DNA from: an uncultured Armatimonadetes bacterium
GTDB lineage: Bacteria > Armatimonadota > Hebobacteria > Hebobacterales > Hebobacteraceae
Assembly (NCBI GenBank): GCA_963716175.1
Contig: OY970296.1
Span: 2,848,001-2,912,000 of the forward strand
DNA length: 64,000 nucleotides
Direction of reading: 5' to 3'
Shown: piece after piece, positions 8,448 to 19,100 of the stretch
How positions within the stretch are numbered: the stretch's first letter is position 1
How the letters are laid out: each line of letters opens with the position of its first letter
Position numbers and translations under genes: made by a program
Notes under the pieces: generated by a model
Told to the model about the DNA's origin: nothing
Database searches by the model: none
What the model saw: only the letters and a program-made list of their open reading frames with translations

Positions 8448-10347
8448 TCACAAGAGCGCCCGGCACTCGCTCACGGGAACGCTTCAGGGGGCCGGTGATG
8501 AGTCGCAAGCTGTACTCGCCCGCGGAGTGGTTCCATCCACGGGGATGTCGCCCACTGTGCATCGACAGAAGTTGCTGCCTTCTGTCGAGTTGAGCGTTAC
8601 TCATCGCTGTACCATGCGCTGTCGCTACTGCTACTCGGGCCACGATAAGGCTTCGCGAGGTGGGCCGCTGGACATGGCGGACGAGGTCATCGAGGCTGCC
8701 CTGGACTGGGCTGTGAATGACTTCGCACGGGATTGCCCTCGCCTCCATGTCACCACTGGTATCACCGGCGAGGGTCTGCACCGCATCGACGCCTACGAGC
8801 GCATTCGCCGCCGCGCTGAGGAACTCCAGGCAGAGACCGGAAAGCATATCACCTGCGCCATAGGGAACACCAACCTGACCCTGGCTGCCTACCAGGGACG
8901 CTGGGCGCTGCTGACTAGCCCGGCCTCCCACGTATCCAGCATCAGCATTGACGGCCCTCGCCACATCCATGACGCCATGCGCGTTTTCCCCGACGGCCGC
9001 GGTACCTATGACACGATCGCGCCTTCCATTGCTGGACTCGTTGCGAGGGGCGCGCAGCTATCCGCACAGGCCGTCATCACCGGCCAGTACCCGAACGTCA
9101 CGGAGGTCTTCCTCCACCTGTGCGAGCTGGGATTCCGGGCGATCGAACTGCGGCCGGTCCGCGCGCCACACGATCAGCCGTTTGCGATCAGCCCGCGGAC
9201 TGTCGACGCGGTGAAGCAGGGGTTCAGCGAGTTCGCTGACTTCCTATTCTCTCAGGAGGATCGCCTCCTGCTCGCCTACCTCGCAAAGATATGGCACATC
9301 GAGGACTGCCTGGGACGCTTCCTGGTGCGCGTGGCATCGGGTCACCAGGTCAACTACCGCTGCCCGGCCGGCAAAGACGGCGTTTGCGTCGACACCGATG
9401 GGGGGGTATATCCCTGCCCTGGCATGGTCGGTGTGCCTGAGCTTCGTATGGGTTCGATCTACCGTGGAATCGACGAGGGCGCCTACAGATTGTACTACGA
9501 GGACCTGCTGGTGACCAGCAAGTCGGTCTGCAAAGACTGCGCGATCCGCCACCTCTGTGGTGGCGGGTGCTACCACGCGGCCTTCCTGGCAAACGGCCGG
9601 GTTGACACGCCGGATCCCTGCGACTGTGAGCTCACGCGCCACCTGGTCGAGCTCGCCGCGGGCATGGTAGCGCGCCTGAGGGAGGAACGGCCAGCTGTGT
9701 TCGCCGCTATCCGCCATCCCCTTGGGGGAAGGGTGCATCCTTCCAGCCAGCTGCTCTGCATCGCCACTAAAGGTCCACTCTCACTCGACGGACCCGCGGC
9801 GGAGTGGCGCTCCCGCGCGCCGCTGCGGTTCAACCGAGCTGAGCAGTTGAAATGGATGATCTGGGGAGGACCCTCCGAGATCTCAGGTGAGATTCACATG
9901 CGTTGGGATTCCCGACAGTTGTACGTGATGGCCGAACTCGCAGGTTGCCTGGTCGCACGGCACCTGGCAGGACGCCTCCTGGAGATCTACCTGGTTTCAC
10001 TCAGGGACCTCAGCGATGGGTTGATCCCAGAGTGGTGGAAGCTGTTCGCTAACTACCACCTCTTGGCGTATACCCCGGCCGAGCCGGCCGCAGCAGTTCG
10101 CACTGGCGGAGGTGCTGTTGCGCGGGACCAGGTTGGTGTAAGGGTCGCGACCCGTGTAGAGCACCAGGGCGAGGCGATGCGCGTGCGCATGATCATCCCG
10201 TGGTCGGCGCTTCCCCTGTTGGACGTCCGCCGTGACGAGTATCTGGCTGTCAATGCATTCATCTATCCGTTTGGTGGGCACAGCGAAGAGGGCGCGATGG
10301 TGTGGCTGCCCGGCCAGCCGTTCGGAATGCTTCGGCTGGAGAGGTAG
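8431..10347 (+). CDS. Radical SAM/SPASM protein fused to a C-terminal CBM9/DOMON-like domain (start uncertain, ORF open from 8314)
   Basis: CTMRCRYC, SIDGPRHIHD, SPASM YRC..YPC..CKDC..CGGGC..C. C-terminal LDG..EW, MRWDSRQLYV, IPWSAL. Confidence 0.85.
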   Translation: MAVDADHKSARHSLTGTLQGAGDESQAVLARGVVPSTGMSPTVHRQKLLPSVELSVTHRCTMRCRYCYSGHDKASRGGPLDMADEVIEAALDWAVNDFARDCPRLHVTTGITGEGLHRIDAYERIRRRAEELQAETGKHITCAIGNTNLTLAAYQGRWALLTSPASHVSSISIDGPRHIHDAMRVFPDGRGTYDTIAPSIAGLVARGAQLSAQAVITGQYPNVTEVFLHLCELGFRAIELRPVRAPHDQPFAISPRTVDAVKQGFSEFADFLFSQEDRLLLAYLAKIWHIEDCLGRFLVRVASGHQVNYRCPAGKDGVCVDTDGGVYPCPGMVGVPELRMGSIYRGIDEGAYRLYYEDLLVTSKSVCKDCAIRHLCGGGCYHAAFLANGRVDTPDPCDCELTRHLVELAAGMVARLREERPAVFAAIRHPLGGRVHPSSQLLCIATKGPLSLDGPAAEWRSRAPLRFNRAEQLKWMIWGGPSEISGEIHMRWDSRQLYVMAELAGCLVARHLAGRLLEIYLVSLRDLSDGLIPEWWKLFANYHLLAYTPAEPAAAVRTGGGAVARDQVGVRVATRVEHQGEAMRVRMIIPWSALPLLDVRRDEYLAVNAFIYPFGGHSEEGAMVWLPGQPFGMLRLER

Positions 10348-10588
10348 CCTCGTACTGCTCCCAACACGGGAGTCGCGGGCAGGGCCTCGCGCATGGGGCG
10401 ACTGTGAGGCGGATTGCCAAGTGGGTGCTATCGGTCGAGCGGACTGCTCTCGCAGACAGAGTGTACGACCCGGCCCCGGACAGTGCGCAAGCTGGGGCGC
10501 TGAAGAGGGGGCCTGCGCCACGTGCCGGGGCCGGGCATCTCTGCGGGCTTGGGCAGAGGCTGAGAAGGGTCCAGATAGCCATTCGCCC

Positions 10589-10712
10589 TGTCACCGGTCG
10601 GTTCAAAACCAGCCAGTTAGTTATCCTTCTTAGCCTTGCTGTGTTCCTGCTTGCTTGAAGGTCTTGTCGCCGCTTCTTGGGGTGTGTCTTTGAGCCGGTA
10701 GCTGCGGCCAGC
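10589..10712 (-). pseudogene. IS21 right end and istB C-terminal remnant
   Basis: TGTCACCGGTCGGTTCAAAACCAGCCA terminus; minus-strand GRSYRLKD...stop at 10617. Confidence 0.6.
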
Positions 10713-12200
10713 TGTGGTGGTCACTTCGCCGTAGAACCGCGCCAGCCTTGCTCTGAGGAGGCTTTCTGCTGTATCGTGGGCGCTCCATTTCGGCGGAGGA
10801 TGCACCCACGTGGAAGCAGCTGGGACCTCTGTTTGTCTGGTGATGAAAGCAGTGCTGCTGAGTGCCCGCTGGGCGGGACGGACACGGCGGCTGGCGCTGG
10901 AGCAGGCAGCGAAGGCTGCCGGTGATGGAGCGCAGGCGCAACCCGAAAACGTCATGCTTCGGGACACCATCGAGCTGCTGGTTGAGCAGCTCGCCTGCGC
11001 GCAGCGCCGCCTGAAGGCAGCCAACATCCGAATGCCCTACTCCCCGGCAGAACGGCTCCATATCCTGTGGTGCATCCACTACTTCCGCATCCCCCGGCGG
11101 CAGATCCCGAAGCACTTCGGTGTGGCGCGCTCCACCGTCTGGCGATGGCTCCGCCGACTGCAGGATGGCATTGGGCTCTGCGGCAGGAAGTGCCAGGCCT
11201 CGGTGCGCCGGACCTCGGAGGCACTGGAGGGGCTGGTGTGGGAGATGGCATCGGCCAATGCTGACTGGGGTCGACGCCACATTGCCCTGGTGCTGGGAAC
11301 CTTGGGCATCTTCCTGGCGGCCTCTACGGTCCGCAACATCTTGCTCAGGCCGAAACCCCGGCCAGCAGGTACGCCCGCTACTGCGGCCGGGAAGCCGGAA
11401 GAGAAGAAGCCGCGCCAGATCGTCGCCCGTTATCCCAACCATGTGTGGAGCGCGGATCGCACTCGGGTCTGGAGATGGCGCATCTGGCCCACCTGGGCGC
11501 TGGTTGCCATCGATCACTTCTCCCGCAAGGTGGTCGCCTGCTGTCACCTGGAGGGCCCCAATGCCGGCTGGGTGGTGGAAGCTCTGGAGGAGGCGTTCCT
11601 GCGCTACGGACCGCCGAAACACATCATCACCGATCAAGAGGGCGTGTTCACCTCTGATGTGTTCCGTGACCTGCTCTGGCGATGGCACGTGAAGCAGCGA
11701 TTCGGTGCGGTGGGAAAGCACGGATCGATTGCCGTGACCGAACGCGTCATCCGGACGCTGAAGTACGAGTGGCTGCGGCGCGTACCGGTGATCCGGGGGC
11801 TGGATCACCTGGAGATGCTGCTGGCCGACTTCGCCTGCTACTACAACTGCTGGCGGCCCCACACCACCCTTAACGGCGCGGTCCCGGAGCTCATTCACGC
11901 TGGGCAGCAATGGGCGGTCCCGCCGAAGACGGCGAAGACCATTCCTGCTCACATCGAGCACCGTTTCTTCCCCGAGACTCGCGTCACAGGCTTCCGTCTC
12001 GCGGCCTAGCTGCCTCGACTGGTTGCCCTCTGTTCCTCCCTCGCGCTCAGCCGCGCACTGTACGCGCACACCACCGCAGGCCATGTCGCCATCATCTTGC
12101 CGCCGTCGCGGTCTCAGTCGGCAATATCCAGTGTCATCCCCAGCGCTGACAGCTCCCGAGAGAGCGGCTCAGGCGGTTCTACGGCGAAGTGACCACTTCA
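10713..12200 (+). mobile_element. IS481-like (rve) insertion sequence, copy 1
   Basis: Perfect 24-bp IR GTGGTCACTTCGCCGTAGAACCGC (10717-10740 / 12173-12196); TG...CA termini; no clear TSD. Confidence 0.85.
10810..12009 (+). CDS. DDE integrase-core (rve) transposase
   Basis: HTH (GVARSTVWRW), HVWSAD, IDHFSR, IITDQEG, TERVIRTLK. Confidence 0.9.
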   Translation: MEAAGTSVCLVMKAVLLSARWAGRTRRLALEQAAKAAGDGAQAQPENVMLRDTIELLVEQLACAQRRLKAANIRMPYSPAERLHILWCIHYFRIPRRQIPKHFGVARSTVWRWLRRLQDGIGLCGRKCQASVRRTSEALEGLVWEMASANADWGRRHIALVLGTLGIFLAASTVRNILLRPKPRPAGTPATAAGKPEEKKPRQIVARYPNHVWSADRTRVWRWRIWPTWALVAIDHFSRKVVACCHLEGPNAGWVVEALEEAFLRYGPPKHIITDQEGVFTSDVFRDLLWRWHVKQRFGAVGKHGSIAVTERVIRTLKYEWLRRVPVIRGLDHLEMLLADFACYYNCWRPHTTLNGAVPELIHAGQQWAVPPKTAKTIPAHIEHRFFPETRVTGFRLAA

Positions 12201-12403
12201 GCCGGCCCCAACTGGGCCAGCACCTCCGCTGGCTCGGGGAAGGGCCCAGCGGAGTCCAGATAGCCTCTCATCTTCGCCAGATCCCGATAGCGGCGCACCG
12301 TCCCGCGGGAATGTCCCAGATCCCGACAGATCGCCCGTACGGACTGGCCGCGTCGTAACCGATACACGATGTCCACGATGAGATCCACGCTGAGTCGCTC
12401 CAT
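12201..12403 (-). pseudogene. IS21 istA N-terminal HTH fragment, cut by the IS481-like element
   Basis: MERL...YRLRRGQSVRAICRDLGHSRGTVRRY, ending at the IS end. Confidence 0.7.
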
Positions 12404-12473
12404 GTCTCCTCCTGACCGGTCTCTCAGGTCAGGAGGGAATGCCTTGTGGCAACGACCCAGCACCGCCTCAGGG

Positions 12474-12573
12474 GTGGTACCCACCCCCGACTATGGGGTG
12501 GTACATACCCCCGAACATCGGGTGGTACAGATGGGGCGACTACGCGTGGTACAGTCTAGCCCGGCGGCCGACA
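12474..12573 (-). repeat. IS21 left end with four 24-bp-periodic repeats
   Basis: GTGGTAC at 12474, 12498, 12522, 12546; terminus ...CCGACA. Confidence 0.75.
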
Positions 12574-12758
12574 CCGGCCGCGGAACCCCTTGGCTACCGG
12601 CAGCGCGTATGGATCACCACCGAGTGTTAGTCGGCGTGCCGGCATGACCCAGCCAGAGGCGAAATCGGCGTCGAGACTTGACCCACTGGACATGAGAGCC
12701 GGAGAATCAAGAGGAGGAATTCACGGACCAGACTGAACTGATCTCGCTAATCCAGGGC

Positions 12759-12808
12759 GGGTCAGTATTGGCCGCCGATGGTGGGTCAGTTTTGGATGCC
12801 GATTGACA
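12759..12808 (+). mobile_element. Isolated IS21-type end
   Basis: GGGTCAGT.TTGG..GCCGAT twice at 24-bp spacing, ending TTGACA. Confidence 0.6.
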
Positions 12809-13023
12809 GGTCAGCCTAACCGGCGTCCCCAGCTTGCTCTGCACGCACTCAATGCCCTACGGCAGGGGCAGGTGCTCCCTGCAGAGCCCCGGGCCTTCAC
12901 TATCGAGCACCCAGCATCTTCCGACGGCGAACGCCGGAAGAGCAACCACTGTGCCATCGCTGTAGATATCGAATCTGCAGTGCCCATGGCAAGGGACTGC
13001 CGCATAGAGACCCGCCGTAGCGA

Positions 13024-13794
13024 TCATGTCATTGCCGATGGCTTCGAGGAGTTCCGGGGTTCCCAACGTCCCACCAAGGATGATGCTTTGACCATCGGGC
13101 ACATGTTGGTGCAATACACCTCGACGGGCTTCCCAGATGCGGCGATGTGCTCAATGACCTGGGGACTGGGCAACGCATAGGCCCCTGGGCCGCCACCTGC
13201 CGATATCACGATGATACTCCCTTCGTCGCGCAGTATCTTCGCCCACAGCGCCGCTGACGACCCGGTCGCGGAGCCATGGTGGCTCACTTTGACAAGGTGC
13301 GACGCGATCGGTCGACCGACTATACTGGCCGCGAACACCTCATACGCGGCCAGCGCCTCCTCAAGAGCCGTCGTTGTGCTGTCTCCGAGCAACAGGATAG
13401 ACACTGGCCCAACGAGTAACCAGACGACACAGGAGATGGCGTTTGGACTGATTGGCTCCGGTGCTTCTCCCTCAAGGAGAGAGTCTATGAACGCGTCCCA
13501 CACGGTCGCCTCGTGCTGATCCGCGACGTGACTAGTCGGACCCAGCGCGTATACGTCCAGCCACTCTTCCAGGCGGATGACGTGTGACGGAGAGCTGATC
13601 CGCCAATATGGATAGGGCGCGCTTTCCCACTGCCCTTGGACTTGCAGGAAGCTGTCATAGATCCGACCAAACTCTTGGTGCCTATCACCAACGGTGGCGT
13701 ACAGGGACGCCATCAGTTCTCGGGTCTTCTCATCCTGCATCGCGTCGTCGGCCGATGTCGCGCGCAGCTCCTCAAGCCGCCCAGCAAGGCGCGA
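13024..13794 (-). pseudogene. ComEC/Rec2-like metallo-beta-lactamase-fold protein, 5'-truncated by IS
   Basis: LLLGD, VKVSHHGS, VISAG motifs; the frame stays open to the IS end at 13795 and HxHxDH is missing. Confidence 0.7.
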
Positions 13795-15222
13795 CCCGTC
13801 GTGTCCAGAAACTCATCTGCCCCACAGGATGCTCCTGGAGCCTCTCTCGTGATATCCTCGGCACTCGCTGATACCCCCGTTGCGGGAGGCTACCGAGGAT
13901 GGAGAGGGATGCTGAGCGAGGAGTGGACTGGGTCCACCTCCCCGTGATCGCCACCGTGGCCCGGCTGCTGTGCCGGGAACTGACACTGCAGAACGAGTAC
14001 CTGCTGTTGGAGAACCGGACGCTCAAGTCCAAGGTCCCGGGCCGGCTGCGCTTCACCGATGAGGAACGTCGCTCTCTCACCGAAGCCGCGCTGGCGATGG
14101 GCCGGTCGCTGATGAAGGAAGTGGTCAGCATCGTCAAGCCGGAGACGATCCTGGCTTGGCAGCGCCGCCTGGAGCGGAAGAAATGGGACTACAGCGCGCG
14201 GCGAACTCGCGGACCGGGCCGGCCCCGGACAGCGGATGCCATTGCGGCCCTGGTCTGTCGGCTGGCACGGGAGAACCTTTGGGGGTATCAGCGCCTCCGC
14301 GGGGAGCTGCTCAAGCTCCGCGTCATTCTCTCCAAGGGCTGCATCGCGGATATCCTGCGCCGGAACGGACTGCCTCCCGCCCCGCAGCGCGCCGGGCTCA
14401 CCTGGCAGCAGTTCCTCTCCCGCCATGCGGAGGTGCTGGTCTGTGCCGACCTGTTCACCAAGGAGGTGTGGACGCTGTCTGGCCTGAAGACGGCCTATGT
14501 GCTGTTCGTGCTGCACCTGGGTACCCGCCGCATCTTACTCGCCGAGGCCACCTTCTTTCCTCACGGACAGTGGATGGGCCAGATGGCGCGCAACCTGCTG
14601 ATGGCGTGCGAGGACGCTGGGGTCCCGCCTCGCTTCGTCCTGCATGATCGGGACAAGCTCCTGATCTGGGACTTCGATGCGGTCCTCACCGGGGCCGAGG
14701 CGAAGGTGGTGAAGACGCCCTTCCGCGCACCCGACGCGAATGCCCATGCGGAACGCTGGGTGCGCAGCGTGACGGAGGAGTGCCTGAACCACCTCGTTCT
14801 CTTTGGCCTGGGCAGTCTTCAGCGGGCGCTGCGGATCTACCGGGACTTCTTCAACGGCCATCGTCCCCATCAGGGGATCGGCAATCGGATACCGGGGCGC
14901 CGTGCGTCAGAGGAGATGTCGCGGGATTGCGCTGGCGCGATGACGGATGGGGATCTTACGGTGGAGTGCCAGCAGTTCCTGGGCGGACTGCTTAACTCGT
15001 ACTACCGCAAGGCCGCGTAGTCAGCACGGGAGGCGTTTGGCCGACGTGAACGCCGGGCACGCATCGCCACCGGCGCTCTCGGTCGCGCGGCCAGGGCCTC
15101 TGAAAGCCACCCCAGCCCCTGCCTCCGAAGCCGGATGCTGCCACTCCATTGGCCATCACCCTGTCATCGAATCGGTCCGCATGCCTCCCGGGCAGCGCCG
15201 ATGAGTTATTGGACATGACGGG
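13795..15222 (+). mobile_element. rve-integrase insertion sequence (second family)
   Basis: 23-bp imperfect IR CCCGTCGTGTCCAGAAACTCATC / GATGAGTTATTGGACATGACGGG; no TSD. Confidence 0.8.
13899..15020 (+). CDS. Integrase core domain transposase
   Basis: VKPETILAW, WGYQRLRGEL, CADLF, HDRD, ANAHAERWV, RPHQGI. Confidence 0.9.
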   Translation: MERDAERGVDWVHLPVIATVARLLCRELTLQNEYLLLENRTLKSKVPGRLRFTDEERRSLTEAALAMGRSLMKEVVSIVKPETILAWQRRLERKKWDYSARRTRGPGRPRTADAIAALVCRLARENLWGYQRLRGELLKLRVILSKGCIADILRRNGLPPAPQRAGLTWQQFLSRHAEVLVCADLFTKEVWTLSGLKTAYVLFVLHLGTRRILLAEATFFPHGQWMGQMARNLLMACEDAGVPPRFVLHDRDKLLIWDFDAVLTGAEAKVVKTPFRAPDANAHAERWVRSVTEECLNHLVLFGLGSLQRALRIYRDFFNGHRPHQGIGNRIPGRRASEEMSRDCAGAMTDGDLTVECQQFLGGLLNSYYRKAA

Positions 15223-15236
15223 CTACCCTCACGGAC

Positions 15237-16106
15237 GTGATGGCGAGCTCAGCGGGCGAAGTGAACGGGGCCTTCGCCGCCTTGCGGCTGGCCGACCTCT
15301 ACAAGTACGAGATCGACGACTGTGAGACCGGGAGAGGGATCTACGAGGCTGTGCGCGACGCCTATCCGGGGACAGCATTCATGCGAGAGGCGGAGCTGGG
15401 CATTGCCGAGTGCATATCGTGGGGTCCCCTGGCCGACCAGGGAGAAGCGCTTCGGATGTTCACAGAAGTGGCGGAGAACGGGGTCGAGTATCGCTTCCAG
15501 TTGCGGGCGGTGTTCGAGGTGGGCCATACCCTGTTCGTGACGGGGGAACTGCCCACCGCGCTGGCGGTGTTCGCCCAGATCATGCAGCACTATCCGGGGA
15601 CCTGTTTCTGGGACTACTCCGAACTCGAGAGCGCTTTCTGCCACGAGCGGTTGCAGCAGCCCGAGGTCGCTTTCGTGGAGGTCACCGACTACCTGTCCCG
15701 GGACCACGATGAGCCGTTCTACCTGGGCTGGGCGCACTATCTTCGGGGATCGCTCTGCGTCCGGCGCCAGGACTTCGAGACTGCTGAAACCGAGTTCCGC
15801 GCCGTGCTGGCGAACCGCAAGGCCGAAGCAGCAGCCAGGACCCTCTCTTACCGCGGGCTGGCCCAGTGCCTGAGGGGTAAGAGCGACCTGAAGGGCGCGC
15901 TCGAGGCCTTGCTGGCAGGGGCCGACACCGCGGCTAACTCGGGCGATAAGGCGCTGCTGCTCTATCTGGCAGTATCCTGCGCCAGGCGGATGGGCGACCA
16001 GGCAACTGCCGACGCGCTCATCGGGCGGATGGTGGCCGAGGTGCCGGGAAGCCACCTCACCACACGCCTGGTGGGGCACCAAGTGCTGCCACCTCCGGAA
16101 ATCTGA
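15237..16106 (+). CDS. Tetratricopeptide repeat protein (probably 5'-truncated by IS)
   Basis: Repeated helical units with YPGT turns; begins right after the IS end. Confidence 0.7.
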   Translation: MMASSAGEVNGAFAALRLADLYKYEIDDCETGRGIYEAVRDAYPGTAFMREAELGIAECISWGPLADQGEALRMFTEVAENGVEYRFQLRAVFEVGHTLFVTGELPTALAVFAQIMQHYPGTCFWDYSELESAFCHERLQQPEVAFVEVTDYLSRDHDEPFYLGWAHYLRGSLCVRRQDFETAETEFRAVLANRKAEAAARTLSYRGLAQCLRGKSDLKGALEALLAGADTAANSGDKALLLYLAVSCARRMGDQATADALIGRMVAEVPGSHLTTRLVGHQVLPPPEI

Positions 16107-16147
16107 GGCGCGCGATGGCACGAGCAGGAGCAGAGGGAGGAACTGAG

Positions 16148-19100
16148 ATGCTCAGCGGTCATGTGTGGCGGAGGGCTGTCCCCTGGGTGATGGCCGCGCT
16201 GCTGGTGGGCGGGGCGATGCCCCTGTTCGCCTGGCCGAGCGGCCGGCCTACGAACCCCACCGGGGGGCCAGGTCCTGCCCGAAGTTGTGGGGCCAGCAAT
16301 CCCGGACTCGCGGGCGGAGACGAGTGTGGAGGCAAGCCGGTAGACAGCATCAATACCTATACTGGGAACCTGACCATCAGTGATATGCCGGTTTGGTATT
16401 ACAGCGTGGGGGATGCCATACCGTTTGTGATCAGCTTCAACTCGAAAAGCGGGCGAACGGGAGGACCGCTGGGGGCCAAATGGACCCACAGTTACGATGT
16501 CCGGATCGTGGACGAATCCCCGAACGGGGCCTGGGTGATGGAGGGGAACGGGTGGGAGAACTACTTCTGGCTGAACCCCGACACTGGCTTCTATGACTCG
16601 CAACAGAACGTATTCGACAAGCTGGAGGCCGAGGGGTCAGGCTGGAAGCTGACCCGGCCCGATCAGCACAAGCTTCACTTCGACTCGACCGGGAAGTTGA
16701 CAAGCATTCAGGATGCAGACGGCCTCACCTGGACCCTGGCGTACAGCGGCAGCGTGCTCAGCACAGTCACTGACCCGAAGAACGGTCAGACCACTTTTGC
16801 CTACACGCGCGCCCGGCTAACTCAGGTGATGATGCCGGGGGGCATACATGCCGATTTCACCTACGACTCCAGCAAGCGGCTCTCGACCGCCAAGGACGCC
16901 GCAGGGCATACTTACACCTTCTACTATAGCGGCACGGACACCAAGGTCGCCAGCTTGAGAGACCCGTCGGACCGCCTGGTGCGCTACTACTACAACGGGG
17001 GGCAGGTGTACTACACCGAGATCGTCAGTCCATCCGGGTTGGCCGTTCACTATGACTTCTACCTGCCTGGCATCGGGCCCAACCCGGCCGGCAGCGGGCA
17101 GCTGTATGTGGATATCACCGAGACTAAGGATGGCGCCGACCGGATCACCCGACACATCTACGAGAACACCGACGACCCGGGCAATGGGCGCTACTTCGGG
17201 ACGCTGCTCTCCGTGATCAAGGACGTGGGCGGGGTGGCGGCCACTCAGGCCTACGCCTACGATTCCGAGCTGCGCCTGGTCAGGTACCGAGACAGCTATC
17301 AGCCCGAGACCGGCGGTAAGTCGCATCGCCATTTCTTCTACTACGATGATCTCGACAATCCGAGCCTGGTTACCAAGTACATTGACCCACAGAACTCTGA
17401 TGCTAGCCCCAGTGACACCGGCACGCCATCTCCTACCTGCCCGGGGTGGAAGTTCGAGTACGACAATAACGGGGACGGCGCCCACCTCGGCCGTCTCACC
17501 AAGATCACCCACCCGGAGTACCCAGCAGCTCGGTACACGACGTTCTCCTACTTCTCCAGCACCAGTCGGCTGTACTCGGTCACGGTGAACGACCTGGACC
17601 GGAACGGCCTTCCCTATGAGCATACCACTTGGTTCAACTGGGGGCCGGACTACCAACTCAGCTACATCTGTGACGCGCTCGGCAATGAGACCAGGATCTA
17701 CTACGACAGCAATGGGTACCTGGATTACGTGGACCTGCCGGGCGGGAATGTCCCGCCGGCCAAGGACCGGGATTTCACGGCCGACGCGGCGGGCAACATC
17801 ACCGCGGTCACCGATGGCAATGGAAATACCACCAGCTACCAGTACGATGGCCTCCACCGGCTGCTCCAGATCACCTATCCCGACGTCGGCAGCGGGCAGA
17901 AGACGAAGACGTTCACCTGGAACTGCTGCGGGCTAGACCTGGTGACAGATGAGAACGGGGTGCAGACCAAGTACGAGTACGACCAGTACACCAAGCGCCT
18001 GTGGAAGGTCCACGAGGACTACACCGCCCTCAACTACGTTACTGAATACGGCTACGACGAGGTGGGCAATCTGAAGACGGTGAAGGATGCTCGTTCCAAG
18101 ACTACCACTTACTTCTACGATGGCGCGGACCGCAGGTATCACGCGGATTACCCCGACTCCACCCATGAGAGCTGGACTTACCGGGACGACGGCCGGGTTT
18201 ACAGCCACACCGATGCCCGGGGCCGGCAGACCGTCTACCGCTACGACGCCGACGACCGGCTCTGGGGGCCGGCCGGATCGGGGTATGTGGCGATCAACTA
18301 CCCCAATGACACCGATGTCAGCATCAGCCGGGATGCCGACGGGCTGGTGACCAGCTTCAGCGATGCCAGCGGGACGACTGCGATCAGCTACTACCCCAGC
18401 GGCTGGGTGAAGCAGGTGACGAATGGGTACGGGCGGACAGTGACCTATGACTACAATGATGTAGGCGATGCCGCCAAGGTCTGGAGCCAGCTCAGCCCGG
18501 AGCGGTCGTACGCTTATACCTACACCAGCCGCAACCAGACCGAGACCGTGACCGACTGGACCGGGGCGCTGGTAAGTAGCTTCCTCTACGACAATGGCGG
18601 GCGTTTGACGCGGATCACCCGGCCGGGGAGCTATGTCGCCTACGAGTACAATGCCCGGGATTGGGTGACGCGGGTGAACAACCACACCACCGGCGGGGTG
18701 CAGATTCACGATGTGCGGTATCTGTACACCTGGGGCAGCAACCCGGGCCACACCGGCAATCCGGGGCTGAAGCTGGAGTACATGCCCGGGGTGCTGCACG
18801 GCTACAACACCATCTACGAGCACGACGCCCTGGGGCGACTGACCCGGGACACCAAGGGGCTGTGCTGCGGGGCCACCCAGTACTCGGAGAACTTCACCTA
18901 TGACGGGGTGGGCAATCGCCTCACCCGGCCCATGTGGGGCGGGACCAGTGTCACCTACACCTATGATAACAACAACAAGCTGGTCTCGGCCTCAGGGGAT
19001 GGCCTGAGCGCGAGTTTCGGCTATGACAGCAACGGCAACGTGAGCAGCGTTTCCGGGAGCATGTTCGGGAATTGGAGCTTCACCCACAACGACGAGAATC

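Noticed and set aside
12474-12573. 24-bp periodic repeats as a mini-CRISPR
   Set aside because: The period is too short, there are no unique spacers or cas genes, and the position next to istA with a TG/CA end fits IS21 terminal repeats.
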